From contig OX597819.1 in the NCBI GenBank assembly GCA_951406725.2, forward strand, positions 16,678,001-16,742,000: a stretch of DNA of 64,000 nucleotides, written 5' to 3'. Source of the stretch: Octopus vulgaris. Taxonomy: Eukaryota. Shown one piece after another: positions 13,255-27,490 of this stretch. Both the position numbers and the translations under genes were made by a program. A model generated the notes under the pieces. The model had not been told where the DNA came from. It saw only the letters and a list, made by a program, of their open reading frames with translations, and ran no database searches. Position 1 is the first letter of the stretch. Each line of letters starts with the position of its first letter.

Positions 13255-13599
13255 TGTGTGTGTAAGAAAGTCTGGCGTTGATTTGCCGTGAACAATAAAA
13301 ATAGTTGAAAAAAAAACTGGTCGACAGAAATGCTGGTAAAATTTTCCAAACGAAATAGAGACGAACACATACACTTCATACATACAGACATATGCCAAAT
13401 TTGAGATTTAGCATTGGCCTCATTATTCATTCAGTCTTAAAATAAAATCAACAAGAAGTGGGTTAATTAATAAGAAGCTGGATACAACGGGATCAACCCA
13501 TGCAAAAGGGTTATGAAGAAAAGAAAAATTAAAAAAAAAAATTATGAGTAGCAAATATTAATATAATCTGTTAGAAAGACAGGTAAACTTTCAACTTAC

Positions 13600-14388
13600 A
13601 GCATGTTGATGTAATGGAGATGTGGCAATAGAGGAGGGGTTAGAGGGTAAGCTCAGTATAGGACTGGATAGAATAGCGCCGCCACTAGCAGTAGGGTGGA
13701 GTTGGTGGGGTAGTTCCGGCATCGGAGTAGGAACGAGATAGGGCTTATTGTCGATGAGAGGGCTTGGGAGAGCATAGTCGTTGCCCAACATCAGAGGAGG
13801 CGGTTGCATCATCTGAACGGGTCGGGGAAATCCGAAAGTCATCCCTGCGTTATCGTCCGAGATTGGTAACCGAGGGTAGAGTGAAACTGGTGCTGGGATG
13901 GCTCCATATGTAGTTTCACAATTAGGAGTTACGAACAGAGGGTTCTGATGGAAGTTAACTCGTCTCGTAGGGTCAGTTCTCATGGGTAAAACGTTGCTAT
14001 CCATGCTAACGGGAAGTGGAAGAGGAACAGCACTTGCTGATGGAGTCGTTGCTGTTTGGGGTGACTGTGATGGAAGTGGAGGTGGCGGAGGAGGTAGCAT
14101 TACGTTAGACGTGTAACCACTTGGCCTTGGTTCATGATACCCTAGCATGGTATTTAATGGTAACTGGGATTGTACCTGTGTAACAACAACAATTGGTTGC
14201 GAATTATTCTTCTCATCTCGGACTCTGAATGGGAAAGAATCTGGCATTCTATCCCTTGTTACTTCTTGAGTGTTATGTCTGAGTGTTGGTAAAGCCGGGT
14301 GGCCCACACCTTGTGGGAAAGTCTGGGTTCCACTAGAAGTAGCTTCAGCACTCGTGTGGTGGTTTGGTTCCTTATTAATAGTTTCCAT
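13600..14388 (-). CDS. Candidate alternative 5' coding exon of the Musashi gene (263-aa Pro/Ser/Thr-rich, probably disordered N-terminus)
   Basis: 789-nt unique, GC- and CpG-richer open frame from ATG at 14388 (in-frame TAA just upstream). Ends ...CATCAACATGCT|gtaagt, a consensus donor in phase 0 that matches the RRM2 exon acceptor. Confidence 0.7.
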
Positions 14389-14619
14389 CAACCTGACTTT
14401 TTTTTATCACAGGATACCGAATTGTCGATAATATCAGAATGTTTGAAAGCCTCCTCAGTTCTCGATATTTTAGTTTCAACTTAAAAAATATATGTATATA
14501 AATCTTCGCGTTTTCTACAAAATATATGGAGAGAAAAAGAGGAAAAAAAAGAACAAAATAGTTGGATGGATAAAGCAACTAGGTAGAAGTATTTGGACGG
14601 AATGAAAAGGCTACGGGAT

Positions 14620-14720
14620 TGTACCATGTGATATATGGGGGAAAGGGAAGGGGCCACACCTAAAAATATAAGTAAGATTATTCCTAATCAGCCAACTGGA
14701 CCTTTAATTCTATTGGTCAA
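14620..14720 (-). promoter_or_regulatory. Possible internal promoter for the 13.6-14.4 kb exon
   Basis: Unique sequence about 230-330 nt upstream of the ATG with CCAAT (plus attgg near 14712), a TCACATG E-box-like site and a pyrimidine/C-rich tract. Motif-level evidence only. Confidence 0.2.
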
Positions 14721-17700
14721 AAACTGGACTGAATGGTATTGTAGTGAGGGGTGAAAGATGAATAAATTGTTTTTGTAGAATAGATGTGGTTAGAATAGCT
14801 TTGGGCTGGGGTGAGGTCAGTCTTGGCGGTAGCAGAGATGAATAGTGGCTGGGGTGTATTAGGGGTGGAGAAGAGACGACCAGTGGTCAGCATGTCGGTT
14901 AGGGAGATTAGAAAACAGCCCCATTAACACTCCTTGAAAATATTTTTGTTTTCAAGTTCTGGTTGTTGTGATGATAGTGGTAGTAGTCGTAGTAATACGT
15001 ACGAACAAAATAGTAGTGCTTGTTTATGGTAGTAATTGTAATTGCTGTGAATATTTAACTGCAAGTTAATCCTGAACAAGTAAGCCTATGGTCAAAGGCA
15101 TTCTAGTTATGACCATCCATCCTTTTTCATTCACTCTACATTATGCCATGTACTCTTTTCATGAAAGAGTTCGGTGCACTTTGAGATAGTCGTACTTGCT
15201 ATTACTAACAAGATTACTTCGTTGGCATGCCCTAAGTCAACCTTGAATGAACAAATATATGGTCAAAGAAATCTCAGAATAGCGGTGCTCTAACATGACC
15301 GCAGTTCCACGACTGAAACCATAAATTTTTTTTTTAAATCACATTCTTTTTATATACTAAGGAATGCATTGTTCAATATATCCTTGTTTAAAAGTATAAA
15401 GAGTGATTTGCTGCAGATATGGCTGCTATATATAGCAAGTCAAACGACCACGTAGGGATGCTGTCCTTGTGTCTAGTAGTAGTATTCTAACCACTACTGG
15501 TAGTTGTAATAGTGAGGAGTGGATCAAGATGGTAGTTATGGATGATCTATTTGCGTTGACTGTGTTAATAGTGATGATGGTGATGGTAACTGATTGTCAA
15601 TAACAGAATAGCTGAACTGCTTAGGACATTGACACTGGTCATGGTGTCGTAGCGGACAGGACAGGTAAATGTGTGTGTATGTGTGTGTCTGAAGAAACAG
15701 GAAATAAGAGAGAGAAATAGTAGGTGTGGGTGATTACAAGGTTAGAGTAATAAGTAGGTGTTTATGTTGTTATTGAGTGGGCTGATGGTAGTCATTATGG
15801 CAATGGTAGTTAAAAGTAACGTTTACAATTACAGATAAGTAAATCTAAATTTTAAAGAAATATTATCTAAGGGGTAAACACCCTCAACATATCAGTGTCT
15901 CTGAGTGTGTATGCTGTGTTTATATAATTTATTCATCCTTCTTTCGTTTTGCTCTTTAACTCCTGGTGCAATCATGTAGACAGATTCATGAATATGTCTT
16001 GTGGGGTTTAAACTTATCAGAGAGAGCCCTTCTCTATTCAAGATCATAATTTCTGTGGGGCTCATGCAAGCATTAAAAAAAAAGTAGATATTGAAACAAT
16101 GATTGTCTATTGTGGCATAATCAAGTATTTTAAAGAAGTCCTTGAGTTCCCCATGTGACTTCATGCACATGTAACTTCTAACATACCATGGATTGACCAA
16201 AACTGCATAAAAGTGAGGTGGAAACTTTGTGGAAACCTGATAAATGGACTGCATGTGTAATTCAGATAGTCAGCCTTGCTGATTCTACTGTGGATTCCAT
16301 AATGGATATACATGTGGAATACTAAGCCACTTCCATTATAATCCAATAAGTAGGTAGCTTAACTGAAATACTCATGGTAGAAACAAAGGGAGTAGCCATT
16401 TGTGGTTGAATTTTGTTTTAATGTCCTTTGAAAGTTTGTAACATTTTTATAGTTAATTTTTCCAAAAATTGTTATGAATTTTGTAATTGGCATGAAAATA
16501 ACATCTATATAGAAGTTAAATACATGTATGTATACACACACTACCCACATAGATGCAATCAACTGAATGATCACTAAATTCTAACTTCCCTATTGTATAG
16601 AGAAATTATATTATGTTCCAACCTAATGTAGAAAGAGTGGAACATGATATCTCAATGATTCAGAAACACATGCTGTTGTATAATCCCAGCTCTCATCAAG
16701 GAGCCTTATTATCAAAGTCCTTGCTATGACCATCTCGTTTAGTCATAATGTTTCAAGGACTATATGGTTCAATGTATCTTTTATTGTTACTATTTAGCTA
16801 GATTCAGCAAACTTTATGCTCAAATGCATTCCAGCTATGACCATCTAATGTGCCTTTTCCATACTTAAAACACATTATTTGAAAGTGATTTTGCTGCTGT
16901 TTCATCCATGTAGAAGTCAATCATTGGTTTAAAGATACACAATGGAGAGAGAATAAGGGAGATAACATCAAACAGGAATATCATTGAAATAATTTCGAAG
17001 GAATATTAAGATGCCACCATGGCTTGATTTGCCAGGCTCTCTTAAGAGTATTAAATGCTGAATAAAGCTGAGGAGTCCCCATAATATATAAGGCATTGAT
17101 ACATGTGATGGTCATGCCAGTCTCAACAGCAATAAAAATGTGAGTTACCATTAAGATTCAAAACTAAATGTCTGAGGGAAGTTGTACATGGTTGCTTGAC
17201 ATGCTAAAAATAACAGCTGAATCTCCCTTAACCCACACTATAAAAGAAAACATTGTATAAGGTGATCCAAGATTCACTATCTAAATAAATGAAGAGATGG
17301 TCTCGACTGGAAAAACAATTTGGTCATAAACCCACTGTATCATGATTGACCTAGAGCTAAACAGCAAAAAAATTTTTTAAGCCATAATCATAGTGCACTA
17401 CAAGCCAAAAGGGGCAGCCTTCTTCATATTACATACCCCTAGGTATACTATATCTAAATAAACACACATGGCTGGAATTTTGGCTGACCAAGGACAAACA
17501 GACAAGCAACAAAATACTACATCACCTGACAGTAACATATATCAAATCCCATTAACCTATATACAACATCAGAGATACGTTCACTCAGGTAGAAGTGATG
17601 GGGCAGTCTACTGAACAAGAACAGCAGGAAAACAAAATAGCAGAGAGGCATAGGATAGGAAAGCAAAAGAAACCTTATGGTTACAGGAAGCGCTGGAACA

Positions 17701-20324
17701 ATAAATTTATTAGAGTGGAGTGGTGTGGGAAGGGAAGGAAAGGCAGACTTAACAGAGTAGTAGGGTATTTGTTTATTGAAAAAGGATGTTGTTGGGTACA
17801 CATACAAACAGGTACACGCGAAGCATCTACACAGACACACCTGGGTATAATGTACATATGCTCATACTCAATCCTGAATAATACATTATCCCTTGTCTAT
17901 CTCTTACATATCTATTTCTGTGTGTGTGAATTTTGGAGTTATTTGAAAGAGATTGTAAGGTTAGAATATTTACTAATAAACAGTGCTCAAAATTAAAACT
18001 ACAGTCAAAACTAAATTCATAACACATGCACAGATATCTTGCACCAAGTAAACATTTTTTTTGTTTTTTATGAAATAGTTTGCCTAGATGCCAACATAGC
18101 TGAGCAGTTAAGTAGTTTGCTTTACAGTTTGTCATATTTCAGGTTCAATCCCATTGATCCCATTGTGCAATATCTTAGAAGTTTGGACAAGTGGCTTCTT
18201 CTATAGATTAGGATTTACAAACATCTTGTAAGGGGAATTCAGTAAATGGAAGCTGAGAACTGTGTGTGTAAGGTACCACAGCACGATGGCTTCTTAGGCA
18301 AATGACTTCTACTGTATAGCCCTTGGATGACCAATGCCTTCTGGGAGAAATTGGTAGGCAAAAACTGCATGGAAAACTTTTGTGTATGTATGTGTGTGAT
18401 AAGTATTTTTTTGCCTATGTTTATTCTTGAAGGATAATGCAAAACTGGTGTTCTATGAAATGAAGTCTCTTGCTATGGTTGTTCTAGACTAAGGTACAGG
18501 TACTCTCTTGAACACTCTTGCCATTACCCAATGCAGTGAACTAATGATTCATTGAAAACCTGTATCCAACAACACTTGTTGTTCATTAACTGCAATATAA
18601 TAAATATAGGAATTAGGTGTTGTGGCTATGGCTATCAAAGTTTGAAGACTGCGAAGATTGATGAAAAACATGGACTGGGAGGGAGATGTTCCAGTAACAA
18701 TGGACAGGAGAAAGCTGTTTTAGGACCTGGCATTGGGAACGTAACATCGTATGGGAGGAAGAGGAAGAATTAATCAGAAGTGCCTATGTGGAGCTCGCAT
18801 TAAATACCTAGAGTAGTCATTGTTTAGTGCCTGGGTAATTTTAATCATGCAGACCAAAGACATTATAGCGGTAATCCTCCTATCTTTTTCCTGTGTGCAG
18901 AGAGCTTAGGATCACATTATCCAAGAATCTTTCCTTAAGAAATATGTGACTTGAAAGATTTGACTGCTATTTTCAGCAGATTGAATAACTCTGTAGGCTC
19001 CTTCATTTGTCTCAAATAACCATAACAATATGTGTATCAGAGAAAGAGAGAATCAGCTGATGGTGATAGTACAGTACAATACTATGCATCCATAGTATTG
19101 TCTGTGTGTATATGTACTGTGATGGTTGTACTGCATAGTACTATATACATATAGTATTAAAGGTCTGTGTTGTTATTTAGCCCAAGTTGTGTACTAATTG
19201 AGCATATCTATGCTCAAAGACATTTCAACCATGGCCATCACATTTTTTTTTTTCAGCATGCACATCATCAACATTGTTTAAAGTCTATTTTCTATGCTGG
19301 CAAGGGTTGAACATTTGACAGGAGCTGGCAAGCCAGAGAGCTGTCCGGACTACAATTGTCTGTTTTGGCATGGTTTCTATGGCTGGATGTCCTTCCTAAT
19401 GCAAACCACTTTACAGAACGTGCTGGGTGTGTTTTATGTGCCAGTGGCACATAAGATAATGTGCTCTTCCTTTTCTAAGGCATCAGAGAATGATGTCAGC
19501 AATTTTGTTGCTATCTCTTGCTGATCAAGTGATTACAAACAGGTGATGCAACAATACAATACTAAATAGCATAATCTTACATGCTTGTTGTACTTGTTTA
19601 GCCCTAGGTGAACTCTGTTCCAGCAGAACTATCAAATGCAATCCAACCATGACCACACTTTTTTCAGACATTATATAAACAATTTATTTTTATGTTGTTG
19701 AGGGAGAGTTAGCTGCTATTTCTGTTATTTAAAGATGTTGCCATTGGCCTTTGTGTTTGCTATGTTTGCATGCATGTGTGTGCAGCTGGGGATGCAACAG
19801 TGTAGTACTAACATCTGTTCAATATTTGTATTGCTAAACTGTACACAACATACTTGTACTATTCTGTATGTGGAGGTGTACATGTGTATGATGGCATGCA
19901 TACATACTTTTGTGCATTTGTACAAATTATGTCAGTGTAAATATGTGCATACATTTGTGTATGTGCACTCCCACACAAACATATATAACCATTATATGTG
20001 TATGTGTGTGTGTATTTTGCAGGTTTTAGTGACTTGACTATGGCTATGCAAGGACACAGCCTCTGGTCAACCTAAAAATATGGTAGAAGACACTTGTTCA
20101 AGTACTGTACAATGAGATTGAACCTGAAACTACGTGGTTGAGATAGGAAACTCACACTTTATATATATATATATATATATCCTCAATGTATGTATATATT
20201 ATGTAGTGTTGCTGAACACTGGGTCTTTAGAATTTGTATTAGTTTTTACCGCATTCTTTGCAAAAAATGTTTTCGCTTTTTTCCTAGCCCTCCTCTGGAG
20301 AGTTTTATCTTTTAGTAGTAAAAC

Positions 20325-20545
20325 TGATGATGGTGCTAATGAAAGTGGTGTCGAAGTTGGCAATAGTTGTGTTGATGGTGGTGGTGGAGGTATTAATGGA
20401 GATGATTGATTATGATGATAGTTATGGTGAAGATGACTACAATGATGATGGTGATGATAAGCATGATTACCATGAATATCACTATGATCATTACCATCAT
20501 CATTACCACCACCATTATCATAACCAACATCATCTACCATCATCC
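20325..20545. repeat. Degenerate (GAT/GGT)n followed by (CAT/CAC)n trinucleotide tract
   Basis: Complementary low-complexity triplets in inverted arrangement; source of the D/H/M-rich spurious ORFs. Confidence 0.7.
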
Positions 20546-21154
20546 TCTACTCCAACCCCATGCTAGCAGAGAGGAACCCACATCAAGAACACAAGTTTCA
20601 CTGTTATTGATTTCAGTCTTACCTAACGAACAGTTTGTTATGTACAGGTGGATGGTGGGGAATATTAATAGAGATGGTGCTGTGGTGGGATGGAGTTGGA
20701 TGTGAATAGAGGGGGAAGTACAGAGGTTAGAGAGAATAAGAGTAGTGACATGTGGGTGGTGGTGGTTGTGTGTGTGTTTGAGTGATCAGTTGAGAGAAGA
20801 TAGGGAGGAAATAGAGTGGGATAGAAGGTAGGTGTAGACAGTGGGAGGGGGTTTGCAGGTAAGATGGGGATAGAGACAACCTCTGCACCCACTCCCCAAT
20901 ATTATTGTCTCTACTTCTAACCAATGCAGGTCTGTTGCACTGGAATATATGATGCTGCACTAACTAACCTTGTATGGAGTACTGTACACAATTGTGCTGT
21001 GTTAGTTAACACACACACACTCATCACATATACACACATACACTCAGTGTCACAGATGCATGCATCCATATATGTATACTCATCCACACTTTCCCAATTG
21101 TGCTATACATACATTCTAACCTCTTGTTCACAACACATATATACTACATTATAG

Positions 21155-21195
<41 letters not shown>

Positions 21196-22442
21196 TTTAA
21201 CGTCTGCCTTCCATACTGGCATGGGTTAGTGACATATGTACATACACATTCTCTCTGTCTCTCTCCACTATATTACATAATTTTTAAAGTGAAGAAAACC
21301 ATATTTTCCACCCATACTGCACACACACACTGCTTCTCATGACTACACACACTCATATAACATCTCGTGCTTTACACATGCACAGAACCCATACTGTACA
21401 CAGCCTCTCCTGCAACATACTTCATTTTCTCTCTCTGTGAACTTGGAGCTACACAGACACACACATGCTCACACTAACCTCCCCAACATACACATCCATC
21501 TACCCTGAGTTACATACAGAATCCCTTCCATATTTCAGTCTTATACTCTACACACAATCTCTTACACTCAGAGCTTCACACTCTCACTGTCTCTCACTCT
21601 TTTCTCCACCCTGAGTTACAGTACTATCTCTCCTCCAACCCACTTCTGCCCTCTATTACAGAGAAACCCAATCAATAGCTTGTTAAGAGAACAGTGGATG
21701 GGATATATAGAATAAGTGAAGTCAAAGGAACAGGGTGGCAGCAGTGCAGTGTAGGGTGGGGTAGGATAGCAGTAGCAACAACAAAAACAACAGGGTGGCA
21801 TGTGAAGAGATGAAGTCGGTGGTGTTGGTAGCAGCAACAACACAGTTACCATTAGAAAAATAAACATCAGCAGATACATATAAAGACACACACACACGTT
21901 CATACTTATGTATGCATGTGTCTGTTTGTGTGAGTGTATTTGTGTTTGTGTGTATGTACCTGTGTTTGTGTATGTGAGTGTATTTCTACATGTGATGTGT
22001 CAATGTATGCACGTCTCTTTTTGAAGTGTGTGCTTCTACATACGTGTGGATAGGAATACACAGTTCATATAAAGTATTACCCAGATTAGAGGATTGAAAG
22101 ACTGGGACAGGTGTAAACTATTTGTGTATGTACATTCATATTACATATGCACAAACATACATTTATACCTATTACATAATATGTATGCCTCTGTGTGTGT
22201 GTGTATTATATATATAATACTGGTGCTGATGCCACGTAATAAGCACCCAGTACACTCTGTAATAATAACGGTAGCTGTTAAGGACATCCACTCAGAAACC
22301 ATGCCAGAATAGACAATGGCACCTGGTGCAGACCCTAGCCTTACCAGCTCCTGTCAAGCTGTCCCACTCATGCCAGCTTGGAAAACATTAAATGATGATG
22401 ATATATGTAACACAAACACACCAACATATGTATATATACTTG

Positions 22443-22473
<31 letters not shown>

Positions 22474-22972
22474 CAATAATAAATTTCTGAGTAAGATGTA
22501 AACAGTAGCAGCATGACATTGTGAAGTATATTTGCCACCTAAATGTGGATGACCCATATGGGACAATGCTACTGTTGTTTATAGCCCCTGGAAGACATCT
22601 CCTCCAGCTGGCTAATGACACTGTCTGTGACTGATCAGTATTTGTAAAGGGAAATCATTGTTCCAATCTCTAGCCTTACATAATACACACAGGTCTGTGT
22701 GTATCACATAACATATTCTCCTTTCTTATTTAACATATTCTCTCTCCTTTCAGATTCACACACTTAGTGCAGCAGTCCTTCAGTTTTTCTGCACTCTGTA
22801 AAAGAAATGAGGGTTGGGCTTCTAACCAGGACTTTTGTAGTACACTTAAAGTTAGGAACTTTTCAACCTAACCACTATATCATCATCATCATCATCATCG
22901 TTTAACGTCCGTTTTCCGCGCTAGCACGGGTTGGACGGTTTCGACCTTTTATGTGCCACCTGCACAGAAGCC

Positions 22973-23009
<37 letters not shown>

Positions 23010-23756
23010 CCCATTATGTTTGCATACACATGTATATACATATTCTTGCACATAACACGTATAGGCATACATATGTACATACACATGTATGCACATATTT
23101 ACATATACATAAATATGTATATATGAGGCAGCTGATGATGGAGGTATGTTGGATTGTTGGTATGGCTGTTTTTGTATACATGGAATAGTATAACAGCCTT
23201 TTGATATATATATATATATATGTGTGTGTATCTATTCATGTATGTATATATATATACACATAGATGTTACACGCATATACATATGGGCATGGCTGATGCC
23301 AGTACCATCTAAATGGCACTCATGCTGGTGGCACATAAAAAGTACCATTTGAGTGTGGCCAATGCCAGAGCCACTTGACTGGCACCCATGCCAGTGGTTG
23401 GTAGAAAGCACCCACTACACTCTTGGAGTGGTTGTCGTTAGGAAGGGCATCCAGCTGTAGAAACCTTACCCAATCAGACTGGAGCCTAGTGCAGCCTCCC
23501 AGTTTACCAGTTCTCAGTCAAGCTGCCCAACCCATGCCGGCATGGAAAGTGGATGTTAAACCATAATAATGAAACAAAAGCAAGAAAGAAACAAAAGACA
23601 AATTGCACGAACATGTATGGGCAGGAGGTGCAAGTGTTGCAGGCTTCCCCCCCACACACACAGACACACACACCGGCTAGGCATTGACATGCATGGAGAT
23701 GTGCGCGTGTGCATGTGGAGACATGCAGTAGAGGTGCAAGGTGCAAAATGGCTGAC

Positions 23757-23948
23757 CGTTGGTGGGGAGAGACACACAGGTGGGAGGGAGGAAGGCGGGG
23801 GACCGCTGGTGCGGTCGTGGGGGTATGGCGGGGGAACTCTGGCCGAGGTGGGATTGAGATTGATGTGAGGGATAAGTAGCACTGAGGTGGGGTAGCACCA
23901 GGTGTGTGGTGCGTGTGTTTTTGTTGGCTGAACAGGCGGGGTGACCAT
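23757..23948 (-). CDS. Second candidate alternative N-terminal exon (64 aa, Pro-rich, contains PPPY)
   Basis: GC-rich island; acceptor ttgttgcatttag|GA-ATG (exon start 23950); 64 codons MVTPPVQP...RVPPPYPHDRTSGPPPSSLPPVCLSPPT; donor ACG|gtcagc in phase 0 (weak donor). Confidence 0.4.
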
Positions 23949-24090
23949 TCCTAAATGCAACAATATATATATATATACATACATACATACACATATTTAT
24001 GTGTGTGTGTGTGTGTGTGTGAGAACATACTACATATACATGTTACATGTACATACTACATACACACATCCATTCACTTAAATACCTATG

Positions 24091-24133
<43 letters not shown>

Positions 24134-25433
24134 GTATATATGCACTCATGCATACACACACAAACAATCACAGAAAAATATACATTCATACATATAGACA
24201 CACACATCTAGCCATGAATCCATACATACACCCATCCATGCATTCAACATTCTTTTTATGTGCTTTTCCTGAATTCAGTTATAATATCTTGTGTGGAAGT
24301 ACTTTACAGATATTGTTCCAGTTGCCAACTCTTATTCATTTTTCAAGTAAGGAGGTTTCGTTCTTCTGGTCTTCAAATATTGAAACCAACAAAACTGCTG
24401 CACTATATTATGTATTGTCTACAGGAGACATATACAAGCATCACTAATTTTGCTCAAACAGTGTTGGTATGAGCTCAAGAAGACACTTGCCCAAGGAATG
24501 ACACACAAACATTTATATACTTACAATCACGTGCATGTACAAATATGCATACATATGTAGACACATAAACTCACATATTTTATAAATACACAACGGTAAA
24601 TCATATGTTGGTAATGTTTATCTGTATATCTATTTATGACACATCAAATACTATCACCTTTTGTGTCCCCTTTTTAAAGATCAACTCTCATGCTAATCAA
24701 CCATACATCAGCATGGTAGAACCAAGACTCCGCCAGCAGAGAATACAGCTATGTAATTTCTACACACACACACACACACATTTATGCTACATACTAAAAA
24801 TGGATGCTTATTGTAGTATAGATTTTACCAACTATACACCCATCTCGTGTAAAATACGAGATACTCACATATTGGTGTGTGTATATATATATATATCTTA
24901 ATGTATATACAACATCAACAGAGCAATGATGGATGCCAAAGTGTGTTCCAGACAACCTAACATGTCGGAAATCTATTCAGATCTGTCATATTGCCATATA
25001 AGGAATTGGTGAGCTGTTGATTTGGGGTGGGGAACACAACACATTGGAGCAAATACAAACAGAGGCTCACCTGAATGTACGCACACATACATTATAATTT
25101 GTATACGCATATTTGCACACAGACTCTTGTGTGTAGGTGTGTATGTGTGAGTAAGTGAGTGAATGAGAGAGTGTGTGAATGTATGTGAGTATGCATGTAG
25201 TTGGCCTGTGCATGCATAACAAAGCAGCCTGGTATATACACACAGGCAGACATATGTGTAGAAGCCTTCTGATTTTCCTAGTATAAACAGAAGTAAATAC
25301 ACATAAATACACACACCTGCAACACAGACACTCGTATGTATGTGTGTATATCTCACATATATAAAGATACACACATTTCCAAATACTATACATATACTGA
25401 TATTTCATGTATACACATAAACGAGACACATAC

Positions 25434-25470
25434 ACTCACCTACAAAGTAAAAGGATGATATTTATGAAAT
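25434..25470 (-). other. Candidate recursive splice site, or donor of a non-coding exon
   Basis: Minus strand reads catccttttactttgTAG|GTGAGT, junction 25440|25439. Confidence 0.45.
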
Positions 25471-26899
25471 CAGAAACAACCAAAACATTTTTAGAGAGTG
25501 TTTTGCGTGTGGTGTGAGTTAGTAAGTGTGTATATAACTTCAAGAATGTACTGAATTCACATCATCATCATCGTTCCAGGAATCATTTTTCCAAGCTGAT
25601 GTACACACCTCAGATACTCTGGGCCTCAACAAACACAGATGTGCATATGTACACACACACACACAGACCTTTGTTACTAGTATCATCATCATAATTATCC
25701 CTTAATATCTGCAGTGCAGTTGTATAGATGATGGTAATCATGGCTACAAGCTACACAGCTACTTAAAACAATTCAGATCATTATGTCTCTTATCTTTTGA
25801 ACATTCCTGTTACAAACTTTGGCATAGGAGGCAGAAAAACATAAGAGGGTTGGGAGTATCAGTCATATCTCAGCACTTGCTTTCTTAAACTCTTGTATCA
25901 GGGTGGCAACAATTCAATATTTTAAGTTCTGTAATTGTACAATTAAGGTGGTGAATTGGCAAGTCTTTAAAACAGTATATACATTGCCTAGCATTATATG
26001 TTTTGACTCTCTGCACTGTGAGTCTACTTTGCTTTTCAGATTGATAAAGTATCATTCCTCTATCTCTTACTGGAAAAAATTCAGCTATATTCAGACCTGG
26101 TAAAAGATGATCTCTGGTAGTTCTCAATATGTTCCCAGACATGCCATTTGTCATGACAGTACCATATGACTCCTTCAAGAATTGAGGGCCTAGATACACA
26201 GAGAATTGTACCACTTTCACCTGTAAAGTTTATTAAACAGGCCTAAAGTTGACCAAGAATTTTTGATAAAATATTTAAGTATATTTCTAACATAACAGGA
26301 ATAACCAAAATGCTACACCCAAAGTAGAGCTGCCTCTATCAATTCATTAATCGATCAACTAGGAATACTCTGTAAACCCAGCAAAATGACTAGATATGCA
26401 GGAAGACAACTAAAAATACAGAATAGGCAACTGTTAAGGTGGTATTGCTTGCTGCATGGACTTGACTTTGATAGAATATATAAAAAAGATAACAAAAGAT
26501 TGAAAAACTAAAGCTTGGTGTTCATTAATTACTCTTTTTTAAGCATGGCTAACATCATGTTGGAGCATTGCCATATAAAAGAGACTTATTTAATGGTTAA
26601 ACAAATATTTCACACCTTAATGGTAGTTGCAGGGTGTCTTTGAGATTCTCTTACTTCCTTAAACTAAATTTTCTTTTAACAGTTTGTTATAGTTCTCTTG
26701 GCCATAATAGAAGTTTAAGGCTGGTTGTACATACAAACTCCTGAATGCTATTGACCTAGTTCTCATCACTTGATTTACCAGAAATTTAGAAAAAAATTTG
26801 ATATGCAGAAACAAAGCCTAGAATCATAAATTCTTGAAGTAAATCTAACAAAAATAAGTTTTAGCCAGCTAAAAAGAAGACAGGACTCTATTACCATCA

Positions 26900-27490
26900 G
26901 GGAAATGGTTGTGCTTGATATGCAGAAAAAGGACAGAAATTCTATGTTGTGTACCCAGTGCAAACCTTCGCTGTACAAGCATTGTAACTGAATTAGAGGC
27001 AGACATGGAAAGAATAAGAAGTGGTAAGAACACAAAAGTAGTTTAGCACGAGAGTGGTAGTGAAATAAATTGGCAAATGATTGGAAGGTTCCATAAAAAC
27101 AGTTGAAAGTTTTTGTTACCTAGATGACCTATTTACTGTGGAGAAGGACAGGGTGCTGTTGACTTTTCGTAACAAACAAGTTCTAACTTTGAGCAAAGAG
27201 TAAATTGCATGATACCCATGAGCAAAGCCAGATAAATCTGGAGGCTGGAAAGGAGTAAAATGAACATGACTTGTTAGATGTGTAATGTTAGCCTGCAAGT
27301 ATGGCTGAAAGAAAAACTGGATACAAGACAAATCGGATTTTAGTCTGCAAAGACTACTGGTACATAAGCATGAAATCTATAGAAGAAAACATTTTGGGAA
27401 ACAAGTACCAGGTTATACTTAAATGGAAGGAACTTACAGGAGAGAAAAATTTAGTAAGATGATTAAAAGTGGTGTAAACTGATCTCAGGA
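26900..27490 (+). mobile_element. Ancient degenerate RTE-like LINE fragment
   Basis: NSMLCTQCK..YKHC and VESFCYLDD motifs parallel to the 57.1 kb element. Confidence 0.45.

Noticed and set aside
20134-20960. His-, Asp-, Met- and Pro-rich ORFs on both strands
   Set aside because: Explained by low-complexity triplet and purine tracts; no in-phase splice path to the RRM2 exon.
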